Source: Acidobacteriota bacterium (lineage in GTDB: Bacteria; Acidobacteriota; Blastocatellia; HR10). Taken from it: a stretch of DNA of 64,000 nucleotides. The notes beneath the pieces were generated by a model that had not been told where the DNA came from, did not search any database, and saw nothing but the letters and a program-made list of their open reading frames with translations. This document shows positions 40,888-49,098 of this stretch, one piece after another (position 1 is the stretch's first letter; each line of letters begins with the position of its first letter). The DNA is taken from contig JAUQQC010000005.1 of the NCBI GenBank assembly GCA_030550025.1, positions 138,857 to 202,856 on the forward strand. The letters run 5' to 3'. The translations under genes and the position numbers were made by a program.

Positions 40888-41477
40888 CATCGGCCGTCAT
40901 TCGCGAGATCGTCGGTCGAGGAATTCCGCTGCCGGGCGATGACATAGACACGGATCGGATCATCCCGGGACGCTTCCTGCGCAGCGTGACCTTCGAGGGT
41001 TTGGAGGCACACGTCTTCGAGGACGACCGACAGCAGAATCCGAACCATCCGTTCAATCAGCAGAAGTATCGCGGTGCATCCCTGTTGATTGTGGGGCGCA
41101 ACTTCGGCTGCGGCTCTTCGCGCGAGCATGCCCCGCAAGCCCTCATGCGATGGGGCATTCGCGGCCTCATCGGCGAATCGTTCGCCGAGATCTTCTTCGC
41201 CAATTGCACGGCCATCGGCATCCCGTGCGTGACCGTCTCGGCCGAGGATGCCCGCTGGTTGCAGGAGATCGTCGCCGCGCACCCTGAGCTGGAGCTTCAC
41301 CTCAACTTAGAGACGATGACCGTGCGCGCGGGCGCTCGCACGATCGCCGCGTGGATGCCCGAAGGCGTCCGGCGACAATTCCTCGAAGGAACTTGGAACT
41401 CAACGTTCGTCCTGCTGGAAGCCGGAGAGGCCATCGAACGCACCGCCGCCCGGCTCCCCTATCTGACGGGATTTTGA
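40884..41477 (+). CDS. leuD: 3-isopropylmalate dehydratase small subunit
   Basis: ATG at 40884 ([28 protein letters not shown]...) overlaps the leuC stop (ATGA). 197 aa LeuD. Confidence 0.9.
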   Translation: MTSAVIREIVGRGIPLPGDDIDTDRIIPGRFLRSVTFEGLEAHVFEDDRQQNPNHPFNQQKYRGASLLIVGRNFGCGSSREHAPQALMRWGIRGLIGESFAEIFFANCTAIGIPCVTVSAEDARWLQEIVAAHPELELHLNLETMTVRAGARTIAAWMPEGVRRQFLEGTWNSTFVLLEAGEAIERTAARLPYLTGF

Positions 41478-41738
41478 AACCGCGAGCCGTTCGCCCGTAC
41501 GCGGAGAGGGGATCCGCCTGAAGTGGGAAGGCGACCCCCCTTGATCTGACGATCATAGAGGAACGCCCCCACGATCGAACTCCCTCGGATGAGATCCCCG
41601 AACGCCTCCTCGACGTCCACCGGCGCTGAACTCCCGAGACGATGCCCATTGGCCTCTGCTCGAGGCATCCCACGCCTCGCTGCGTTCGCCCCTCTGGACA
41701 GGGAGGGAGATCGCGAGTTATCATTTCGCCCTTTGACG

Positions 41739-42161
41739 ATGGGCGCTGTGTGTGACACATCGGGCGAAGAGCGCGAACTCCAACAGTTGCGACACCGGTT
41801 GGAGCGAAACACGTGGCTTGTGCTCGCGGCCATGTTGCTCATGGCGGCATGGACGAAGGAACCGAGGGTCGTCCTTGGCGTGGCGCTGGGTGGGGGATTA
41901 GGCTGGGCGAACTACGAGTGGCTTTCGGCGAGCACGCGGACGCTCTTCGCCTCGATGGGAGCATCGGGGAAAGCCTCCCGTCGAGCGATCCTCTGGTTTG
42001 GTCTTCGCGTCCTGGTCATCTGGGGTGCCATTGGGCTCCTCTTCTGGAGCCGGCTGGTTGATGTCCTCGCGTTGGTCGCCGGATTCTGCGCCTTCGTCGT
42101 CGCCGTCATGGTGGAGGTCGGACGCCGCATCGGCCTCCTCATCCTGGGCAGAGGGGAATGA
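41739..42161 (+). CDS. small membrane protein, AtpI/AtpZ-like (by position upstream of atpB)
   Basis: ORF track 41589..42161. ATG at 41739 chosen (MGAVCDT...); 3-4 hydrophobic helices. Assignment rests on position and size only. Confidence 0.4.
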   Translation: MGAVCDTSGEERELQQLRHRLERNTWLVLAAMLLMAAWTKEPRVVLGVALGGGLGWANYEWLSASTRTLFASMGASGKASRRAILWFGLRVLVIWGAIGLLFWSRLVDVLALVAGFCAFVVAVMVEVGRRIGLLILGRGE

Positions 42162-42164
42162 GCG

Positions 42165-43010
42165 ATGTTTCTTCTGGCCGTTCAACCGGAAGCGGGGCCG
42201 GCGCATCATGTTCCGGCCATCGTCGAATGGGTTAACCAGGTTTTCGGTCCCACCGTCTATCGCTGGCAACAGGCGCTCATGCCCAGAGTCTACGGGCTCT
42301 TCGGTGCCGAATGGCATGGCGATCCGAATCTCCCGATTCCGACGCACATCGTCATGTTCTTCATCGCTGTGTTGCTGAGTACCGCGGGCCTTCGACTCTT
42401 GCTGGGGCGGCTCTCATTGGAGAATCCAAGTCCGCGACAACAAATGTTCGAGTTGCTCTTCAGCGGCTTGCGCAACCTGATGCGGGAGAACATCGGCCCG
42501 CACGGATTGAAGTACTTCCCTGTGATCGGAACCTTCGCCGTCGTCATCGGCGTATGCAATCTCATGGGGCTCATCCCGGGGCTCGTCGCGCCGACGGCCA
42601 ATTATAACGTTCCGCTCGCGCTCGCTCTGATGTCGTTCCTCTACTACAACTACATTGGCCTCAAGGAGAACGGGCTGGTCGAATACCTGCGCCATTTTGC
42701 CGGGCCGGTCCTGGCGATCGCGCCTTTGTTCTTCCCGGTCGAGATCGTGAGTAACTCGGCGCGGATCATCTCGCTCTCGATGCGTCTGTTCTGGAACATC
42801 TTCGGGGATGAGACGTTGGCGAGCGTCTTCAGTCAGATCGTCGCTTGGGGCGTGCCCGTGCTGCTGATGCCGCTCGGCCTCTTCGTCGCGCTCATGCAGA
42901 CGTTCATCTTCGTCATGCTCTCGATCATCTACATCGGCGAGGTGACGCATCACGCGGAGGCGAGCACGATCTCGCGCGTCGAACTCCAGGAGGAGGCGGC
43001 CCACGCCTGA
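42165..43010 (+). CDS. atpB: F0F1 ATP synthase subunit a
   Basis: ORF track 281 aa. Polytopic; conserved Arg region ISLSMRLFWNIFGDE matches the subunit a LSLRLFGNMxAGE motif. Confidence 0.85.
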   Translation: MFLLAVQPEAGPAHHVPAIVEWVNQVFGPTVYRWQQALMPRVYGLFGAEWHGDPNLPIPTHIVMFFIAVLLSTAGLRLLLGRLSLENPSPRQQMFELLFSGLRNLMRENIGPHGLKYFPVIGTFAVVIGVCNLMGLIPGLVAPTANYNVPLALALMSFLYYNYIGLKENGLVEYLRHFAGPVLAIAPLFFPVEIVSNSARIISLSMRLFWNIFGDETLASVFSQIVAWGVPVLLMPLGLFVALMQTFIFVMLSIIYIGEVTHHAEASTISRVELQEEAAHA

Positions 43011-43219
43011 CGCGAGGGGAGAGCGAAGGATAGACGCACCGGTGACGATGTCTTTCGCTCTCCGCTTGAGGCGGGGAGGGGGCCGGGGCTCGAAAGCGTT
43101 CGCGAGATTCGATGCCGTCTGGAGCTTTCGTCGGAAGAGGGGGACGAAAGTATACCGGGCATCGAAGGACTCATATGCCCCGCGCGACCCGAAACATCAC
43201 ACACTCCGAAGGAGGAGGC

Positions 43220-43534
43220 ATGAAGACGCACCTGACGAAGTGGACGTGGAGCATCGGTTCGCTTCTGTTCTTCGCCGCTCCGGTATGGGCGCAACAGGGC
43301 GGGGCGGGCGTTACCGATACGACATTCAAATACATTTCGGCTGCCTTCGGCATGGCGATTGCGGCGGCCGCCGCCGCTTACGCGGACTCGCGTGCCATCA
43401 GCGCGGCGTGCGAAGGCGTGGCGCGTAACCCGGGGGCCGGCGGACGCCTCCAAACGCTCATGCTCATTGGCGTCGTATTCATTGAGACGCTCGTGCTCTT
43501 CACGCTCGCTGTCATCTTCCTGAAGGTGGCGTGA
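43220..43534 (+). CDS. atpE: F0F1 ATP synthase subunit c with N-terminal signal-peptide-like extension
   Basis: ATG at 43220 with GGAGGAGG RBS. 104 aa: extension MKTHLTKWTWSIGSLLFFAAPVWAQQ, then c-subunit hairpin with GVARNPGAGGRL loop and carboxylate in LIGVVFIETLVLF. Confidence 0.85.
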   Translation: MKTHLTKWTWSIGSLLFFAAPVWAQQGGAGVTDTTFKYISAAFGMAIAAAAAAYADSRAISAACEGVARNPGAGGRLQTLMLIGVVFIETLVLFTLAVIFLKVA

Positions 43535-43543
43535 GAGAATCGC

Positions 43544-43583
43544 ACCCTCCACGCGGCCCTTCGGATCGCGTGGAGGGTCTTCC
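43544..43583 (+). terminator. GC-rich hairpin downstream of atpE (candidate intrinsic terminator or attenuator)
   Basis: 12-bp perfect inverted repeat ACCCTCCACGCG (43544-43555) / CGCGTGGAGGGT (43567-43578) with an 11-nt loop, 10 nt after the atpE stop. Trailing tract TCTTCC is only weakly U-rich. Confidence 0.45.
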
Positions 43584-43644
43584 ACGGGCGAGTCCGTCGC
43601 CATGACGCGATCTCGCCCGTTTTCGATCCTCGGGAGGAAGGGCG

Positions 43645-44592
43645 ATGAACAGCTTGCCGAAGAGAGATGTCTCACAAGGACGGCGCCTGTTATTGCTTGG
43701 TCTTGGCGCTCTTCTTCTGCTTATGACCATCCGCCTTCCTTCTCCAGCCCTCGACGAAGGATATGCCCACCCGGAGATGCTGGTCGAGACCGAATGGCTC
43801 GCTCAGCACGTGAATGATCCTAACGTTCGCATCGTGGATCTGCGTTCGGCCGAGGCGTATGCTGAAGGGCACATCCCGAATGCCGTCCATCTCGATCAGC
43901 GCGCACTTCGGGATACGGAGGATCGGCTCCTGTACGTCCCGCCCCCAGAGCGATTCGCGATGTTGATGAGTGAACTCGGCATCGGCGATCGCACGCGCGT
44001 CGTCGCGTACGATGACCTCGGAGGACAAGCAGCCGCGCGACTTTGGTTCGTCCTCGATTATTACGGGCATCCGACGTGCAGCCTCTTGAACGGCGGGTGG
44101 CAGAAGTGGGTGAAAGAAGGGCGTCCGCTGAGCCGCGAGATGCCGCGCTTTGAGAAGGCGGAGTTTCACATTCGGATGAATCCGCCAACGATATGCACGG
44201 CGCCGGAGTTGGCGAGCAAGCTTCGCGCAGACGCCGTCGTCATCATTGACGCTCGATCTCCAGAAGAATACCGAGGTGAGCGCGTCCTGGGAGCACGAGG
44301 GGGACACATTCCGGGTGCCCTCAATGTGGAGTGGCGGATGAATTTGACCGAAGGCGATGTGCCGGTCTTCAAATCAGCGGCCGAATTGCGCCGCCTCTAC
44401 GAATCGCTCGGCGTCACTCGGGACAAGGAGATCATCACATACTGCCAGGGCGGAGGGCGCGCCGCCCACACGCTCTTCGTCCTGCGCTTGCTCGGATACA
44501 CGAAGAGCCGCAACTACTACGGATCGTGGCAGGATTGGAGCGCGCGGCCGGAGCTCCCTGTTGAGAAGCCGAAGTCGCCGGAACCTCGGTGA
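43645..44592 (+). CDS. thiosulfate sulfurtransferase (tandem rhodanese domains), secreted
   Basis: ORF track 315 aa. Signal peptide; two rhodanese domains with active-site Cys loop ITYCQGGGRAAH. Confidence 0.8.
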   Translation: MNSLPKRDVSQGRRLLLLGLGALLLLMTIRLPSPALDEGYAHPEMLVETEWLAQHVNDPNVRIVDLRSAEAYAEGHIPNAVHLDQRALRDTEDRLLYVPPPERFAMLMSELGIGDRTRVVAYDDLGGQAAARLWFVLDYYGHPTCSLLNGGWQKWVKEGRPLSREMPRFEKAEFHIRMNPPTICTAPELASKLRADAVVIIDARSPEEYRGERVLGARGGHIPGALNVEWRMNLTEGDVPVFKSAAELRRLYESLGVTRDKEIITYCQGGGRAAHTLFVLRLLGYTKSRNYYGSWQDWSARPELPVEKPKSPEPR

Positions 44593-44662
44593 GGCGAGGT
44601 CGCCAGCGCGTCCACGGCATGAATCGTCCTGAGTCAGAGACGCCGCTTTTCCGGCTCTCTCA

Positions 44663-44692
44663 TTGCCTGACGCGAAGAGGCGAGAGTATACT
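44663..44692 (+). promoter_or_regulatory. candidate sigma70-type promoter (TTGCCT-18-TATACT)
   Basis: TTGCCT at 44663-44668 and TATACT at 44687-44692, about 60 nt upstream of the KAS start; RBS AGAGGGGGAATGGG follows. Confidence 0.35.
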
Positions 44693-44751
44693 TGAGCCCG
44701 CAAGGCGAGCAAGAGCGGGGGCGTCGGATACTCAAGAGGGGGAATGGGCCT

Positions 44752-46023
44752 ATGTGGCGCGCACCGATCGTTCCCCGTCGCGCGGTCATCACCGGGATCG
44801 GCTGCTTGAGTCCGAACGGCATTGGACGGCAGCAATTTTGGGATGCGTTACGGGAGGGGCGGAGCGGCGTCGGGCGGATCACGCGCTTTGATGCTTCGGA
44901 CTTACCCGTACAGATTGCTGCTGAAGTCAAAGGGATTGACGTATACGAGAGCATCCCTGCGAAAGAGCGCCAGCATTTGCCGCGCGTCGTCCCCATGGCG
45001 CTCTGGGCCGCGCGTGAAGCTCTGGAAGACGCCGGGATTCATCCCGAAGACCTTCCGCTTGAGGAGCGGCGGCGCATGGCCGTGATCCTCGGCAGCGGAG
45101 GCGGAGGGCTCGAATTCACCGAGCGGCAATACCGCTACTACTTCGCCGGCGAAGCGAAGAAGGCGAGCATCTACACGATCGCCAGCTCTACGATCGGGAC
45201 GCTCTCGAGCGAACTCTCAACGGCATTCGGATTGCGCGGGATGAGTCACGTCATCTCGACCGGCTGCGCGAGTGCGATCGACGCCGTCGCCTATGCCGCT
45301 CAGGCCGTGCAGCTAGGGCGCGCCGATGTCGTGATCACCGGTGGCGTGGACGCTCCGCTCTCGCACGGCATCCTGATGGCCTTCTGCGGCATGCGCGCGC
45401 TCACGGCCTCGTGGAATCATGCGCCTGAGCGTGCCTCGCGCCCCTTCAGTCGAGATCGCGACGGATTCGTTCTGGGCGAAGGGGCGTGGATCTTCATCGT
45501 GGAAGAGCGAGAACGCGCGCGGCGGCGCGGAGCGACGATCTACGCCGAAATCCTCGGCTATGGAGCGACCTGCGACGCCCATCACCGCGTGCGCGTGGAC
45601 GAAAGTGGCGAAGAGCCGGCGCGCGCCATGCGACTGGCACTGGAAGAGGCCGGCCTCTCTCCCACGGACGTTGGGTACCTCAACCTGCACGGGACCTCCA
45701 CGGTGCTCAACGACCGGATCGAGACGCGCGCTGTGAAACTCGCCTTCGGCGAGCACGCGTACCGCATTCCGATGAGCGCGACGAAATCCCTGATCGGCCA
45801 CCCGCAAGGCGCATGTGGGGCGGCGGGATTGGCAGCAGCGCTTCTGGCCGTGCACGAAGGGTTCATTCATCCGACGATCAATCTCGACGAGCCGGATCCC
45901 GAATGCGATCTCGATTACGTGCCGCATCGGGGTCGGAAGGCACGCGTGCGCGTGGCCCTAGTCAATTGCCTGAGCTTCGGATCCAAAAACGCCGCGCTCG
46001 TCGTGGGCAAGGATGAAGAATGA
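44752..46023 (+). CDS. beta-ketoacyl-[ACP] synthase (KAS I/II type)
   Basis: ATG at 44752 (MWRAPIVPRRAVITGIGCLSP...). Active-site Cys in HVISTGCASAIDAV, His motifs YLNLHGTSTVLND and TKSLIGHPQGACGAAG. Confidence 0.8.
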   Translation: MWRAPIVPRRAVITGIGCLSPNGIGRQQFWDALREGRSGVGRITRFDASDLPVQIAAEVKGIDVYESIPAKERQHLPRVVPMALWAAREALEDAGIHPEDLPLEERRRMAVILGSGGGGLEFTERQYRYYFAGEAKKASIYTIASSTIGTLSSELSTAFGLRGMSHVISTGCASAIDAVAYAAQAVQLGRADVVITGGVDAPLSHGILMAFCGMRALTASWNHAPERASRPFSRDRDGFVLGEGAWIFIVEERERARRRGATIYAEILGYGATCDAHHRVRVDESGEEPARAMRLALEEAGLSPTDVGYLNLHGTSTVLNDRIETRAVKLAFGEHAYRIPMSATKSLIGHPQGACGAAGLAAALLAVHEGFIHPTINLDEPDPECDLDYVPHRGRKARVRVALVNCLSFGSKNAALVVGKDEE

Positions 46024-46739
46024 GCATGAGAGGCCTTCCCGATTTCTCCCGACGCGCGACGGCGCGAGAATGGATGGATGATCCGGCCACCCCATTTGAA
46101 GACGTCGCGGCGGCGCTTCGGGATTTGGAACGCATTAACGTCGTCCTGCGCGTGAGATCGGCGCTCGCGCGCCATCTCTTTCCGCGGATCGAGCGGCTCG
46201 GGCGCTCTCCGGTGCGCATCCTGGATGTGGCGACGGGAGCAGCCGATATTCCTCGCGCGATCGCGGCATGGGCGCGAGGGCGAGGACGGCGCGTGGAGAT
46301 CGTGGCGCTCGATCTCGGCTGGTCCGTCCTCCAATACGCGCGACGCACGATCGAAGGGTATCCGGAGATTGTGCTCGTGCGCGCGGACGCGCGGCGCTTG
46401 CCTTTCCCCCGTGACGCTTTCGACTTCGTCATCGCGACCGAATTCCTCCATCATCTGGAGGACGAAGAGATCCTCCCTTTTCTGCAACGCCTCGCGGAAC
46501 TCGCGCGCGAAGCTTTTCTCATCAACGACCTGCGGCGACATCCCGTCGCGTATTACGGATTCCGCGCGTTCTCGCGCCTGTTCCTGCGCAGTCGGCTCGT
46601 GCGCCACGACGGCCCGATCTCCATCCTCCGAGGGTTCACCGTGCGGGAAGGCGAAGCGCTGAGACGGAGGCTTGGCCTGCGCGCGTTCTCGCTCCACCGC
46701 CACTTCCCATATCGCCTCGTCCTCATCGGTGAGCGATGA
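46020..46739 (+). CDS. class I SAM-dependent methyltransferase
   Basis: ORF track 239 aa. Start overlaps the KAS stop. Rossmann-type SAM-binding region VRILDVATGAADIPRAIAAW and acidic loop DFVIATEFLHHL. Confidence 0.7.
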   Translation: MSMRGLPDFSRRATAREWMDDPATPFEDVAAALRDLERINVVLRVRSALARHLFPRIERLGRSPVRILDVATGAADIPRAIAAWARGRGRRVEIVALDLGWSVLQYARRTIEGYPEIVLVRADARRLPFPRDAFDFVIATEFLHHLEDEEILPFLQRLAELAREAFLINDLRRHPVAYYGFRAFSRLFLRSRLVRHDGPISILRGFTVREGEALRRRLGLRAFSLHRHFPYRLVLIGER

Positions 46740-47893
46740 GTTGGGACGTCTTGATCATTGGGGGAGGACCGGCAGGAGCCGTGGCGGCCGCCGATCTGGC
46801 TCGGCGCGGCTATCGCGTGGGTGTGCTCGAACGCAAGCGCTTCCCACGCGCGAAACTCTGCGGAGAATTTCTCGCGCCAAGAGGAGTTGCGCTCCTTCAG
46901 TCGGTCGGCCTCTTGGCCCCTCTCCTTCGACTCGGGGCACACGTCGTGCGAGAGGCCGCGTTCGTTTCGTCTCGGGGCCACCGCTACCCCCTCCCCTTAT
47001 CTCGATTTCCCGACGATGTGGGATTTGGTCTCGGGATCCGCCGCGCGACGCTCGATCCCCTTCTGCTCGAATACGCGCGAGCGTGTGGCGCCGAAGTCTT
47101 GGAGCAGGTGTGCGTGACCGAGGCGATCGCGTCAAGCGGACGAATCGTCGGCGTGCGCGCGCGCATGCTCCCTGTGGGGAGGCGCGTGACGTTCCTCGCC
47201 TCCGTCGTCATAGAGGCCAGTGGGAGAGTACGCGCGCTCGAGCGGCCCTCTTGCTCCCCGAAGTCGGAGAGCGGCTCGCGATTCTTCGCATTTCAGGCAC
47301 ACGTGTCTGGGATCGAGGGCATCGGCGAGGCCGTCGAGCTGTACTTCTACCCCTCCGGATATGGCGGCCTCGTGCGCCTGGAGGGCGATCTCCACAACCT
47401 CTGCGGCCTCACGACACAAGAGGTGATGCGCCGCGCTGGGAACAGCTTCGAGCGGCTGCTCGCGCTGACGCTCCGGCAGAACCCACGAGCCCGAGAGAAG
47501 CTTCGGAACGCGCGGCTCGAGGGTCCGCTCACAGGCTGCGGACCTTTACGCTTTGGCCTCAGCGCTCTCCCCCGCACGCATATGGCGATCGGCGATGCAG
47601 CCGCGCTGATGGATCCGTTCTTCGGTCAAGGCATCTCCAATGCCATGGAGAGTGGGCTTCTGGCCGCCGCGCTCGTGGATGCCGCCTTCCGCGAGGGCGA
47701 TTTGACGACGCTCGCGTCGCGCTATGCGCGGGCCTTTCGACGACGATTCGCCAGAACATGGCGCGCCGCTGCACTGTTGCGTCCGGCCGCCTTGCACGGC
47801 GACATCGGCGATCGCATGCTCGCGCAACTCCCCGAGCGTGCGCTCGCGCAGCGCCTGTTGCTCCGCCTCATCTTCGGACGCAGAATCGGCTGA
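46736..47893 (+). CDS. FAD-dependent oxidoreductase (geranylgeranyl-reductase-like)
   Basis: ORF track 385 aa. N-terminal dinucleotide-binding motif DVLIIGGGPAGAVAAADLARRGYRVGVLER. Start overlaps the methyltransferase stop. Confidence 0.7.
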   Translation: MSWDVLIIGGGPAGAVAAADLARRGYRVGVLERKRFPRAKLCGEFLAPRGVALLQSVGLLAPLLRLGAHVVREAAFVSSRGHRYPLPLSRFPDDVGFGLGIRRATLDPLLLEYARACGAEVLEQVCVTEAIASSGRIVGVRARMLPVGRRVTFLASVVIEASGRVRALERPSCSPKSESGSRFFAFQAHVSGIEGIGEAVELYFYPSGYGGLVRLEGDLHNLCGLTTQEVMRRAGNSFERLLALTLRQNPRAREKLRNARLEGPLTGCGPLRFGLSALPRTHMAIGDAAALMDPFFGQGISNAMESGLLAAALVDAAFREGDLTTLASRYARAFRRRFARTWRAAALLRPAALHGDIGDRMLAQLPERALAQRLLLRLIFGRRIG

Positions 47894-47898
47894 GCACA

Positions 47899-49098
47899 TC
47901 ACGCCCACCGCTTGCGCAGGCGGAGCAGACGTTCGGCCGCAGCATCCAGGGTCGCCTCGGTCTTGCAGAAACAGAAGCGGACTTGCTGACGGCCCCTCTC
48001 CGGATCTTCGTAGAAGCTGCTCCCAGGGACGACGGCGACGCCGATCTCTCGCACCAAGTAGTGGGCGAATGTCACATCGTCCTCGAAGCCGAAGCGGCTG
48101 ATGTCGGTCATGATGTAGTAAGCCCCGCGCGGCTTGTAGACGCCGAATCCCGCGGCTTCAAGCGCGCGCAGCAGTCGGTCGCGCCGCGCCGTGTACTCGG
48201 CCGCGAGCTGTTCGTAATATGAACGCGGGAGGCGAAGAGCAATGGCTCCCGCCTCCTGCAGCGGCGCCGCTGCGCCCACGGTGAGGAAGTCATGGACCTT
48301 GCGGATCGCCGAGGTGATCTCCGGTGGCGCGATGGCGTAGCCGACGCGCCAACCGGTCACGCTGTAGGTCTTCGAGAGGCCGTTGATCGTGATCGTTCGT
48401 TCCCGCATCCCGGGAAGCGTCGCGATGGCGATGTGCTCCGCCCCGTCGTAGAGGATGTGCTCGTAGATCTCGTCGGTGATGGCGATGACATCCCACTCCT
48501 GACAGAGGGCAGCGATCTGCTCCAACTCCTCCCGCGTGAAGACCTTGCCCGTGGGATTGTTTGGCGTATTGATGACGATCGCCTTCGTCCGCGGAGTGAA
48601 GGCGGCGCGCAGCTCATCCGGATCGAAGCACCAATCGGGCGGATAGAGGGGGACGTATCGCGGCCGCGCCTCGGCGAGGATCGCGTCAGGTCCGTAGTTC
48701 TCGTAGAACGGCTCGAAGATGATGACTTCATCGCCCGGATCAACGATGGCCATCATGCTGGCGATCATGGCTTCGGTCGAGCCACAGGTGACGGTGATCT
48801 CTCGCTCCGGGTCCACCTCCAGGCCGAGATACCAGCGCACCTTCTCGGCGATGGCTTCGCGGAAGGCGCGCGCCCCCCAGGTGATGGCGTACTGATTGAT
48901 GTCGGCGCGGATCGCTTCGATGGCGGCTTGCTTGATCTCCTCCGGGGCCGGGAAATCCGGGAACCCTTGAGCGAGATTAATGGCGTCGTACTCCATGGCC
49001 AAGCGCGTCATCTCGCGGATCACCGACTCCGTGAACCGCTCCGTCTTCCGCGATGTCTTCCTCCTCTGGATCCGTTCCATGAGCGCGCGCTCCTTCAC
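47899..49098 (-). CDS. class I/II PLP-dependent aminotransferase
   Basis: ORF track 399 aa. Aminotransferase I fold with PLP-lysine region NGLSKTYSVTGWRVGY. Start overlaps the Lon-like stop (ATGA). Confidence 0.8.
   Translation of the reverse strand: MKERALMERIQRRKTSRKTERFTESVIREMTRLAMEYDAINLAQGFPDFPAPEEIKQAAIEAIRADINQYAITWGARAFREAIAEKVRWYLGLEVDPEREITVTCGSTEAMIASMMAIVDPGDEVIIFEPFYENYGPDAILAEARPRYVPLYPPDWCFDPDELRAAFTPRTKAIVINTPNNPTGKVFTREELEQIAALCQEWDVIAITDEIYEHILYDGAEHIAIATLPGMRERTITINGLSKTYSVTGWRVGYAIAPPEITSAIRKVHDFLTVGAAAPLQEAGAIALRLPRSYYEQLAAEYTARRDRLLRALEAAGFGVYKPRGAYYIMTDISRFGFEDDVTFAHYLVREIGVAVVPGSSFYEDPERGRQQVRFCFCKTEATLDAAAERLLRLRKRWA

Noticed and set aside
41589-41738. Upstream extension of the AtpI-like ORF
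   Set aside because: No RBS and a Pro/Arg/Ala-rich translation; the hydrophobic body starts after the ATG at 41739. Even that start is low confidence.
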